NCBI RefSeq assembly: GCF_011386835.1
Contig: NC_088803.1
Span: forward strand, 12,090,001 to 12,154,000
Length of the DNA stretch: 64,000 bases
Reading direction: 5' to 3'
Source: Chrysemys picta bellii
Lineage: Eukaryota
The stretch's first letter is position 1. Each line of letters opens with the position of its first letter. The notes beneath the pieces were generated by a model that worked only from the letters and a program-made list of their open reading frames with translations, was not told the origin of the DNA and did not search any database. The position numbers and the translations under genes were made by a program. Shown here one piece after another: positions 20,762 to 32,129 of the stretch.

Positions 20762-23140
20762 AAGAGTCATGGCTGACTAACCTAATTGCCTTCTATGAGG
20801 AGATAACTGGGTCTGTGGATGAGGGGAAAGCGGTGGATGTGTTATTCCTTGACTTTAGCAAAGCTTTTGATTCGGTCTCCCACAGTATTCTGGCCAGCAA
20901 GTTAAAGAAGTATGGGCTAGATGAATGGACTATAAGGTGGATAGAAAGCTGGCAAGATTGTCGGGTTCAACGGGTAGTCATCAATGGCTCCATGTCTAGT
21001 TGGCAGCCGGTATCAAGCGGAGTGCCCCAGGGGTCAGTCCTAGGGCCGGTTTTGTTCAATATCTTCATTAATGATCTGGAGGATGGTGTGGACTGCACCC
21101 TCAGCAAGTTTGCACATGATGCTTGTGACGGGTTGGATCACAGAAACCCCCTTGGGATCTGCCACTCGATGTGCCAAGACTACTTCTGCCACTTTTCCCT
21201 CTGTCAGCCTGGGAATCCAGCACCCTGTCTTGCTGAGCCAGACACACCCGTCTGCTCCAACACAGACCCAGGGTCAGAACCAAATACCCAAAAGCTGCAG
21301 ACTTAACTGAAAGCAGCTTACAGAAGTGTGCTTATCTTTAAGACTCAGATGTCCAACTCCCAATGAGGTCTAAATCCAAATAAATCCATTTTACCCTGTA
21401 TAAAGCTTATGCAGGGTAAACTCATAAACTGTCTGCCCTCTATAACACTGATAGAGAGATATGAACAGCTGTTTGCCACCCCAGGTATTAATACATACTC
21501 TGAGTTAATTAATAAGTAAAAAGTGATTTTATTAAATACCGAAACTAGGATTTAAGTGGTTCGAAGTAGTAACAGACAGAACAAAGTAAGTCACCAAGCA
21601 AAATAAAATAAAACACGCAAATGTCTAATCAAACTGAAAACAGATAAGAACCTCACCAGTTCCAGAATGCTCCCTTTTACAGACTAATCTCCTTTTAGCC
21701 TGGGTCCCGCAATCACTCACACCCTTGCAGTCACTGTCCTTTCTTCCAGTTTCTTTCTCGTATCCTGGGGGGTGTAGAGGCTCTCTCTTTAGCCAGCTGA
21801 AGACAAAACGGAGGGGTCTCCCATGGGCTTAAATAAACTTTCTCTTGTGGGTGGAGACCCCCACCCTCCTATGCAAAGTCCAGCTCCATAATGGAGTTTT
21901 GGAGTCACCTGGGCAAGTCACATGCCCATGCATGACTGAATCCCTTACCAGCCAAGCCGCATTCCTGGGAAAGCCCAGATGTGGATTGGTGTCTCCAAAT
22001 TCATTGTTGGCTTAAGTGTTTCCTGATTGGGCACTTACTGAGAATAGTCCTTTCTCAGCAAGCTGACCAACTGCTTCACTACAGCCTACTTATAATCAAA
22101 CAAGTATGCAGCCAATATTCATAACTTCAAATACAAAAATGATACATGCATACAAATAGGATTAATAGATTCAGTAGATCACAACCTTTACAGAGATATG
22201 TTACATGGCATATGCAGTATAAAACACATTCCAGTTATGTTATATATATACATTCATACATAAAGCCTTATCGGAGGAGTGGTAGATATGCTGGAGGGTA
22301 GAGATAGGATACAGAGGGACCTAGATGAATTAGAGGACTGGGCCAAAATAAATCTGATGAGGTTCAACAAGGACAAGGGCAGAGTCCTGTTCATAGGATG
22401 GAAGAATCCCATGTACTGCTACACTCTAGGGACCGAATGGCTAGGCAGCAGTTCTGTAGAAAAGGACCTAGGGGTTACAGTGGATGAGAAGCTGGATATG
22501 AGTCAACAGTGTGCCCTTGTTGCCAAGAAGGCTAATGGCATTTTGGGCTGTATAAGTAGGGGCATTGCCAGCAGATTGAGGGACATGATCATTCCCCTCC
22601 ATTTGACATTGGTGAGGCCTCATCTGGAGTACTGTGTCCAGTTTTGGGCCCCACACTACAAGGAGAATGTGGAAAAATTGGAAAGAATCCAGCAGAAGGC
22701 AACAAAAATGATTAGGGGGCTGGAACACATGGCTTGTGAGGAGAGGCTGAGGGAACTGGGATTGTGCAGAAGAGAAGAATGGTGCTGGGGGCAGGATTTG
22801 ATAGTTGCTTTCAACTACCTGAAAGGGGGTTCCAAAGAGGATGGATCTAGACTGTTCTCAGTGGTACCAGTTGACAGAACAAGGAGTAATGGTCTCAAGT
22901 TGCAGTGGGGGAGGTTTAGATTGGATATTAGGAAAAACTTTGTCACAAAGAGGGTGGTGGACTACTGGAATCGGTTACCAAGGGAGGTGGTGGAATCTCC
23001 TTCCTTAGAAGTTTTTAAGATCAGGCTTGACAAAGCCCTGGCTGGGATGATTTAGTTGGGGATTGGTCCTGCTTTGAGCAGGGGGTTGGACTAAATACCT
23101 CCTGAGGTCCCTTCCAACCCTGATATTCTATGATTCTATG
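20762..23140 (+). mobile_element. 5'-truncated CR1 (RT to 3' tail), split by an LTR at 21124-22270
   Basis: [29 protein letters not shown] and SKFAHD, resuming after the LTR in ORF 22279-23055 and ending in an (attctatg)n tail at about 23124-23147. Confidence 0.93.
21124..22270. mobile_element. Solo LTR of an abundant turtle-type LTR family
   Basis: Begins TGTGACGGGTTGGATCACAG and is closely similar to the copy starting at 62624. The far end is truncated. Confidence 0.75.
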
Positions 23141-23149
23141 GTTCTATGG

Positions 23150-24046
23150 TTACAAAAGAAATACAAGTAAAATCACAGTCTAAATTCTAAACTTTATCAG
23201 ACAAAGCAACAGTTGAATTAAGCAGTTTTTTCTCACCCCACTGGATATTGCAGGTAGGTTACAGTTCTTAATATAGGAGCTGAGTTCCCTTCTCAGCCTG
23301 GGACCAATGTCCTCAGTTCAAAGTCTTCCCAGCATTCTTGTTGCCTTCAGCGTAGGTGGGAGAAGACAGAGATGGTCTCATGATTCCACTGCCCCTTCTT
23401 TTATACTCTCAGTTCATGTCCCAGGGAAGATACTGGTCCAGGTATGTCCTGGTGGGCTTTACTGAGTCACAGAGTTGAGCAATCCCCATTGTGTTGTGCT
23501 TGCATAACTGTCTCTTATCAGAGGGTAGCCATGTTAGTCTGTATCCATAAAAACAATGAGGAGTCCGGTGACACCTTAAAGACTAACCAGTTTATTTGGG
23601 CATAAGCTTTCATGGGTAAAGAAGAAGTAAAGAAGAAGTGGGTTTTTTACCCATAAAAGCTTATGCCCAAATAAATCTGTTAGTCTTTAGGTGACACCGA
23701 ACTGTCTCTTACAGAATTATAAATCTTTTGTTTACAATTCCCCTGCTGGACAATGACTAGTCATGGTCAGTTAAAGCCCGTTTGGGTGTGCCTCTCCCCC
23801 TTTGTTGTCATTGGAGAGTAAGCAGTGGGCATCTCCCAGATTCATAACATATTTCAATAACACCATATAGCAAAATCTCATACACACTAACGAGATACAT
23901 ATTTTGAAAGAACAATGAGTGTCAGCAGATCATGACCCTTCATATGGTATCTTATGTGGCGTGCTTTGTATGAAATATCACAACCATATACAAATAATGA
24001 ATATGGAGGTTACAGCTTGCTACTTTGAGATACAGTGCATCACACC
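23150..24046. mobile_element. Partial LTR-like remnant containing a Penelope-like insertion
   Basis: Shares composition and motifs with the 21124 LTR type and ends ...CATCACA. The left end is lost at the CR1 tail. Confidence 0.45.
23518..23699. mobile_element. Penelope-like element terminal-repeat fragment in inverted (hairpin) arrangement
   Basis: gtagccatgttagtctgtatcc...ggtgacaccttaaagactaac is followed by its reverse complement. Flanking 12-bp direct repeat AACTGTCTCTTA at 23506-23517 and 23700-23711. Confidence 0.75.
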
Positions 24047-24049
24047 ATT

Positions 24050-25308
24050 CCAACCCATCATATTATAATTTCATACATAACCATCTTTTGACTGGGTGAG
24101 TTGGTCAATTGCTAGCTGGTTTGATTTTCTGCAGAAAAGGTAGATTTCTGAAAGGACAAAACATAGTGGATGAATAATCAGAACCAGAGCCCATTTGAAA
24201 CCACCATTTTTTCAGACTCACAGTTTTCAGCCTTTTTGAAAATATTCTGAAAAATATTTTTTTAAAAGTTTTGAAAATTCACGTAGGTTAAAAAATACTC
24301 ATCACCCACTTCTCCTAAATAGATCCCTAGGTTTGTTTAATTTGAGACATTGAGAACATTGTCCTAAGTTTGCAACAATGAATGGAAAATCTAATAAGCA
24401 CAGACTAGAAAGTTCTTCTGGTTACATCCCAAAGAACCTAACAAGTGTTTAGAAATTGTTTGAAAATTATTTTTATAAAATGGAAGAGGATAATAGAAAA
24501 ATCCTATATTTTATTACCACTTAATACTCAACAGTTCCTGGTCAGACCAGTTGTTTTTTTAGTTCATTTGTTGTATTGTCATAAGGGTAATGACACACAG
24601 AGGCTAAATAGCCTGATAAAGTGCTCATTGAGGTTAATGGGAACCTTTCCCTTGATTTCAGTAGGGGTTGGACTTGTTCCTCAAATCTGCTTTGAAAACC
24701 CTGAAACTCAAGTGAGGGTTAATGCCAACAACGCTATGAAGATATACAAAGGGATTTTGAAAGCAACTTAGAAACAGGAGGAACCAGTCCTCAGTAACTT
24801 TCCATATGATTTGGAGGCCTAACTGCGCAGCCCCACTTTGGAACATTTCTCCCATTCAGACTATTGTTATGCCCTTTTCCCCCTCTTCCTGTTTTGGAGT
24901 CGGAGAACATTTGGCAGCCAGTGTTAGAGAGACTGAAATAATATTGACAATCAAAATAAATAGAGTGTTAATTTCCTATCATGTACTTGACTGGGCTTTG
25001 CATTTTCACAAAGATGGCTGGAGCCTAGGATGGAATTTTATAAAATATATTTCGGGGCAGATCATCGTCTTATTCAAATTGCATCTCTCCATTGAAATCA
25101 ATATACCTGTGACAATTTAAACCAGCTTAGGGTATGTCAGTTTTCATCTAAATAAATAAAACTGAATAAGAGATAAAACTCTAAAATAGCCTCAGTATCC
25201 TTTTCCTATGACTCAGGATGCTTAGATTGATAAGAACTTGTACCATGTATATGGTTCTATTCTGACTAGCGAGTTGATTTATTCCCATTTCAATCAATTT
25301 CTCTGGAT
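24050..25308. repeat. Intergenic spacer block duplicated three times, each copy lying 3' of an OR
   Basis: Clear collinear similarity with about 39090-40330 and 57400-58422, e.g. cagaaccagagcccatttgaaaccaccattttt and gggaacctttcccttgatttcagt. Confidence 0.85.
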
Positions 25309-26292
25309 TCATGGGAAAACCCTACATTTCTGCAGAGCTCTCCTCATGGCCTCCTTGACCTCTTTGTTTCTCAGGCTGTAGACGAGGGGATTGATCAGGG
25401 GTGTCAAGATAGTGTAGAAAAATGAAAACACTTTGTTTGGGGCTGTGAGTTCATTGCTGTTTGGTAACATGTAGACAGTTATTAGGGTCCCATAGAAAAT
25501 TGTAACCACAATTAGGTGGGAGGAGCAAGTGGAAAATGCCTTTTGCTTCCCAGTGGTAGAAGGGATTCTCAAGATGGTGGAGATGATAAAAACATAAGAT
25601 GCCAGAGTCAAAAGAAATGGGAGAACAACATTTATGGAAGAGAGTATAAGGGTCGCCATGGTCACCAGATTTGTGTTACTGCAGGAGAGGTTAATCACTG
25701 GGGTGAGATCACAAAAGAAGTGATCGATTTCATTAGGGCCGCAGAAGGCTAATTGTGACATACAAGATACTAATATGGAAAGAGATATGAATGAACTTAG
25801 CCATGATCCAGCTGCTAACTGCATACAGAGCCTGCCATCCATATGTGTTGTATAGTGCAGGGGTTTACATATCGCTAAGTACCGATCATAAGACATCACA
25901 GCTAACATATAACATTCAGCAGTCGCTAGGAAACCAAACCAAAAAAATTGAACCATGCAGCCTGTAATAGAAATGGTTCTGTCCCCGGTCATGAAGCTGG
26001 CCAGCATCCTGGGCAGGATGGTAGAGGAGTAGCAGATTTCCAAACAGGACAAATTTCCCAGGAAGAAGTACATGGGGGTGTGAAGGCACTGATCAGTCAC
26101 AGCCAGTGCAGCAATGAGGATGTTCACAGCCATGGTGACTACGTAGATCGCTAGAAACAGCAAGAAGAAAATAATTTGCAGTTCAGGGAGGTTCCCAAAT
26201 CCCAGCAGGATGAATTCTGTGATGGATGTTTGATTTCCTCTTCTCCTTTCTCCGTGAGGTGTACGTCGGTTTCCTCCGTCTCCTCTCTCCAT
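25309..26292 (-). CDS. Olfactory receptor, class II, open 327-aa frame using a shifted upstream ATG, subfamily 'b'
   Basis: All OR motifs are present (LHTPMYFFLGNLS, MSYDRYLAICKPLHY, KAFSTCSSHL, PLINPLVYSLRNKEVK). The ancestral ATG is now ACG (26255-26253). Acceptor AG at 26303-26302. Confidence 0.88.
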   Translation of the reverse strand: MERGDGGNRRTPHGERRRGNQTSITEFILLGFGNLPELQIIFFLLFLAIYVVTMAVNILIAALAVTDQCLHTPMYFFLGNLSCLEICYSSTILPRMLASFMTGDRTISITGCMVQFFWFGFLATAECYMLAVMSYDRYLAICKPLHYTTHMDGRLCMQLAAGSWLSSFISLSILVSCMSQLAFCGPNEIDHFFCDLTPVINLSCSNTNLVTMATLILSSINVVLPFLLTLASYVFIISTILRIPSTTGKQKAFSTCSSHLIVVTIFYGTLITVYMLPNSNELTAPNKVFSFFYTILTPLINPLVYSLRNKEVKEAMRRALQKCRVFP

Positions 26293-27506
26293 CTGAGGTA
26301 TCTAGTGACAAAGAAAAAGTAATAATTATTTAGGGAAGTTACTGTACAATTAAACTGGGTTGTTTCCATCCATTAAATACCATAAAAAATTGCATTGCAA
26401 ACTGAGATCAGGGTTTGTATTCTTTCACACTCAGGCTTTGCACAGGGTTTTGGAACAGAGAGTCACCATACACCTATCCAAAAAAAAAAAAAAGCAACAA
26501 CATGGATCATTTATCACTTTCAACCCTGCCCCCCTTTCCATTATTTATTGATAAGTAGATTTAAAGTCCTAAAAGGGCCATTCGATCATCTAGTCTCACA
26601 TCCTGTATAACACACACCATAGATTAGCCCCAGTTTCCCCAATGTTAAACTCAATACCTTGTGTTTGGCTAAAAGGGATCTTCTAGAAGAGCATCCAGGG
26701 CCAGATTTTTAAAGGTATTTAGGCATCTATGGATCTAGTGGATAAAGGTATCTAGTGGATTTTAAAAACATCTAGGCTCCTAAAGGGCAATAACTTCAAT
26801 GGTTGTTAGGCACCTCCATGCCTTTAAAAATCTGAATCTCTGTCTTCATTAGAAGACATCAAGAGACAGAGAATCAATTACTGCCCTTGGTAGTTTTTTC
26901 TCAAAGATTAATCACCCTCACTTTTAAAAATATGTGTTTACTTCTCATTTAAATTGGTCTGACTTTAATTTCCAATTATTGGTTCGTGTTCTTCCTTTGT
27001 CCATTAGATTAAAGAGCCCTGCTATTTTCTCCAGGTGAAGGTTCTTATAAATTGTACTCAAATCAGCTCTCAGTCTTGTTTTTAATAACCTAATCAGATT
27101 GGGCTCTTTCAGACTGGTTTAATGAGATGTCTATGATGCAATTAATGAAAAAAAATGTCCCATAGAAAAACTTGGAAACGTATGAAGATGTCTGGTCACA
27201 CATGAAACTATTGCATGCTTTTGCAGTTTAGTATATATTAGTCTCCGATACACATAGAGAGAGGGATGCGTAAGGAGATGGGTGGATAAATCCGGATGGC
27301 AAGAGTGAAGTATGGCTCACAGAGATATATACGTGTTTAAGGTGATAGATAGATCGATAGATAGAGTGTATGGGGACAGGCCCTCTCAGAGGTCCAGAGA
27401 GGCCTGGGCCACATCCCCTAGTCATAATAAAAATAAAAAAATGATGACACAGGAAAACAAAATAAGGCACCAAAAAAAGAGGGAGACATAAATTTGAATT
27501 ATTTTT

Positions 27507-30149
27507 TTATGTAACAAACGCTTTTCTAGCCTTTTGCTGTGCAGATGCACTAATTATTGAGGAAAAATCTAGCTTTTGTGCAATGTCATAGTTGATATTA
27601 AGCATGATGAGCCCATTCAAATGCTCTTGTCCCATACTTGAACTGTGGAAGTTCTTTACCTGTTTCAAAACAGTGAAAGTGCATTCACCTGAAGCCACTG
27701 ATGCATGTAAATTGACAAAAACACACAATGCAATTGTGATATTAGGAAACACCCCAGAGAGTCCAAGTTCAAGTATTTCTTGAAGCAATTCCTTTGGCTT
27801 GCAACCCAATATAAAGTTCGTGGAATATATTCGTTTGAGGAAGATGACCTCGTCACTGAGATCTTTTGAGATTTCTTCATTGTACTGTTGCTGAAATTGT
27901 TCAGCTGCAGAAAGTAGATCTTCATTACTCAATCTGTTAAACTGGCAAAGAAACCCCCAAATTAGTCACAGTGACTCAAATTGGTGTGTATAGGGTGACC
28001 AGACTTCAAGAAAAATCAGGACAGGGGGTAGGAGGTAATAGTCGCCTATAGAAGAAAATTACCCAAATATCGGGACTGTCCCTATAAAATAGGGACATCT
28101 GGTCACCTAAAACACTTAAGACCTAATTGAATAGAATCAATGATGACAAGGAAGACATTGATCCTATAATGCTGCTCGGCTTCTGATTCAGTAGGTAAGT
28201 TGCGATTGGTGGACAACTCAGATGAAATGCCAATATTCTGTGCTACTAATTTGGACTCGGTCAGGTTCACATCTCATTGTTCACAAATCTGTTGAATGTC
28301 ATTGATAAGACTTGGAAGTTATCCGTCTCAACATTAAGTGTAGTATTGCATGCTTCAATTACCAAATTCGTTTTGTGGATCATTGTAAGTAGCTTCATCC
28401 ACAAAAAATGATATCAGAATGCATTCAAATTTAGACATGTGCTTCTGAATAGACTGAAGTTCAGTTCGAGCCTGTGCAGTGAGATTGAGAGATTCAAGCT
28501 CATTTAAAGACTTTCTCACTGAATTCAAATGCTGCGCAACTGATTGAACACCATCAATCTGTGCAGACCATCTAGTTTTGGACATCCCATGCAGTGGAAC
28601 AGGAAGATATTGCTTCATAATTTCCCACCTTTGTGGACTGCTACTGAAGAGATTGCCAAAGTAAGTAATTACCTCCTTGCATGATTTAGCACAATCATGT
28701 ATGTGGTTTAGTATGTGGTTTAGTATGTGGTTTCCACAGCTGGAGAAAATTCAGTTTTAATTATGATAAAGAAGAACTGCTTGTACACCTTTGTACTTCC
28801 CAGCCATATTAGTTCCATTGTCATAGGCCTGACCAATGCAGACTTGAACATCTAACTTAAAACCTTCTAGAATTGCTAGTACTTGAGCAGCAATTTCTTT
28901 TCCAGTTTTTCTTGTGAAATTATCAAACAAAATAAACCTTTCTTCAATTGAAATTTTTGATCTGTCTACAATTTTAATATATCGAATAACCATAGTAGTC
29001 TCTTCCTTGTGAGAGCAATCTGGAGTGGCATCAACAATGATTGAAAAATACTTGGCATTTCGAGTCTGATCAAGAATTGTTGTTTGTATGAATGACCTAT
29101 ATAGCTCAATAAACTCGTTTTGTATGTGTGTGGAGAGATAATGGACTTGCATGTACTTTTGACTTTTTTGTGATTCTCGAACAGGTTTAACGTGCTCTGA
29201 TAAAAATGGGTCATATTTGCTGAGGAGCTCAACTATGCCTAGAAAGTTTCCATTTGCACTATCACCAATACGTTGACTAGAACCAAATAAAGCCAATCCC
29301 CACTCAGAAAGAAAAAGGATGATATTCAGGATGTGCTCAAGAAGTTTTTTCCAGTTATTAGTTTCTGAGGAGAGTTCAGTGAACTGAATTTTCAGCTGAT
29401 GCTGCCCTATTGTCTGATTTCCATGCAACCTGGTTTTCTTTGCGTGATGTTGAACTCTCGTGTGATGGTAATCAGTCTTTCAACTTCCTCCAACCTCTCT
29501 TGATGCTCCATCCTGATTGATCAGAGAGAACTGATGCATTTGCCACACTTTTTTTTTCAAAATGAAACAGGGTGCACAGTACAGAGATTGTTTTTCTGTA
29601 CTCCAGCATAACCAGTCTCTTGTGCAGGTCTCACCATTTGGAAGAGTTTTTGTCAGCAGATGAGTAGGGAAAGCATGATTAGCAGCATCTTGTGGAATGT
29701 TACTTGGAATTTCAAATTTGAAGAAAAGATTGCATTTGGGCAGCATTGCTCTTGTCAATAATTCCAATGTCAGTCACAGTCAAACCTGTAGTACTGATGA
29801 ATTTCTCTTGCTGCATAAGATCTACATTTTCCTGTTGCTGTTGAGTTTCTTGATCATAAACAGGATCTTCTGCTACATCTGTTACTGTTGGCACATCCCC
29901 TTCTTGACTACTGTCCTCATGTTCAGCTCTTGGGATTGAAATATCACCTGTTTCAGTTGAGGAGTTTTCATTATCTGTAGCATTGTTTGTAGGGTAAGGT
30001 GTGTTTTCCAGGGGTTTGAGAAATGAAGTTGTTGGCTTTGAGCTCTTAGCTGCTGCTTCGCTCAGTTGTTTTCTCCATCTCTTGCTTGCACCACTTTCAA
30101 ATCTCCTCTTCACAGTGATCATTCTGGTCAATATGTCGCCTATCCACAC
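27507..30149 (-). pseudogene. hAT transposase pseudogene (pieces 29712-30149, 29480-29767, 28757-29428, 28355-28618, 27507-27932)
   Basis: Collinear hAT domains split by frameshifts and stops. Confidence 0.85.
27991..28109. mobile_element. Small hAT-Blackjack-like MITE nested in the hAT transposase
   Basis: Inverted termini TAGGGTGACCAGA...TCTGGTCACCTA. No TSD match. Confidence 0.6.
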
Positions 30150-30781
30150 TTGAAATATTCTGCTGTAAATAAGTAGCTTATCTACACTTGAAATCTTCTA
30201 ATGTAAACATGTACACAAATACTGAATGGTAAACAGATGCTGAAAAGACTTAAAACAAAGGAATACTAATTAAGAACACAAAATGAAACAGTCAGACAGG
30301 TTATTATCCTTATCACTGAATCAAAACTCAAGCATGCAAGGTATAATATAACAGGCTGAGCTGAAGACAAAGGGATGACATATATAGATATAGATATAGA
30401 TATAGATATATAGATATATATAGATAGATATAAAACACGCACACAGATACAGGGAGAGGGATAATGTCCATACATTTCAAAGGTGTGTCCTCATGAAACT
30501 CACTGTACAAGATTGTCCTCACAAATTTTCACCTTGAATCTGGTCCTATAGACTACAAAAGCCTATGATGATGGCCAAGCTACCAACCTAGGGCTCAACC
30601 AACCAACCAGTCACCTCTTTTAGCTACCATATGAAGATAATAATGAGGAATTCTCACACATAAATAATTCCTTAGTCAACTAGACGTAAAACTATAAAGA
30701 CACTAAAATGCAACAGTTCTCTATCTTTCAACATGCACTTGATCCAGCACCAGCCACTAGTAGTGGTTTCTTTATATAATC

Positions 30782-31710
30782 ATAGCATCATAGAATATCA
30801 GGGTTGGAAGGGACCTCAGGAGATCATCTAGTCCAACCCCTGCTCAAAGCAGGACCAATCCCCAACTGAATCATTCCAGCCAGGGTTTTGTCAAGCTTGA
30901 CCTTAAAAACCTCTAAGGAAGGAGATTCCACCACCTCCCTTGGTAACCCATTCCAGTACTTCACCACCCTCTCTGTGACAAAGTTTTTCTTAATATCCAA
31001 CCTAAACCTCCCCCACTGCAACTTGAGACCATTACTCCATTGTTCAGTCATTTGGTAGAACAGAGAATGGTCTAGCTGCATCCTCTTTGGAACCCCCTTT
31101 CAGGTAGTTGAAAGCAGCTATCAAATCCCCCCTCCCCCCCGCTGCCCCATTCTTCTCTTCTGTAGACTAAATAATCTCAGTTCCCTCAGACTCTCCTCAT
31201 AAGTCATGTGCTTCAGCCCCCTAATAATTTTTGTTGGCCTTTGCTGGACTCTTTCCAATTTTTCCACATCCTTCTTGTAGTGTGTGGGTCCCAAAATTGG
31301 ACACAGTACTCCTGATGAGGCCTCACCAATGTTGAATAGAGGGGAATGATCTTGTCCCTCGATCTGCTGGCAATGCTCCTACTAATACAGCCCAAAATGC
31401 TGTTGGCCTTCTTGGCAACAAAGGTACACTGTTGACTCATATCCAGCTTTTCATCCACTGTAACCCCTAGGTCCTTTTCTGCAGAACTGTTGCCTAGCCA
31501 CTCGGTCCCTAGTGTGTAGCAGTGCTTGTGATTCTTCCGTCCTAAGTGCAGGACTCTGCACTTGTCCTAGTTGAACTTCATCAGATTTATTTTGGCCCAG
31601 TCCTATAATTTGTCTATGTCCCATTGTATCCTATCACTACCCTCCAGGGTATCTACCAATCCTCCCAGTTTTGTGTCATCTGCAAACTTGCTGAGGGTGC
31701 AATCCACGCG
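30782..31710 (-). mobile_element. 5'-truncated CR1 nested in the hAT element
   Basis: Antisense CR1 3' ORF pieces (MDEKLDMSQQC..., [14 protein letters not shown]) and tail at 30782. Confidence 0.92.
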
Positions 31711-32129
31711 ATAATCAGCTGATCTGAGAGGACATGTTCATCACGGTCTAATCTGGTGCCATCAGAACCGATATATTTGTATTAATATTTATGAAAATTT
31801 TTAACTCTTTAATATGACAAAATCTATATCAGTTAACAAAAAATATGTGTTTTACCTAATCACATCTCATATGTGCTTAAATTTGCAGCTCTAATTGGAG
31901 AGAGTGTCACATTTTGGTCCGATAGGGATGCACATAAAAATAAGTAGTGAAACTTATCAAATGTCAAAAAATTAAGAAGTTTCTAAATTTGAGGCCCCCT
32001 TTGACCTTGAGGCCAGGCCAAATGGCCCTCGTGTCCCCCCCCCCCCCCCCGATTGGCCCTAAATTGGGATAGCTAGCTAGCTAGGTAGATAGATAGATAG
32101 GGTTTGACCCACAATTAACAATAAGTATG

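Larger units (their letters stand above)
27377..32061 (-). mobile_element. Decayed hAT (ZMYM1-like / Tip100-type) DNA transposon with nested insertions
   Basis: Fragmented ORFs: TTF-type zinc finger (DWLCWSTEKQSLYCAPCF), DUF4371-like (GNFLGIVELL...YFSIIVDATPDCSHKE) and dimerisation domain (FPNITIAL...SVASGECTFTVLK). Short CAGG/GGCCCT-type ends and a degenerate 8-bp TSD TATGGGGA / AATTGGGA. Confidence 0.85.
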
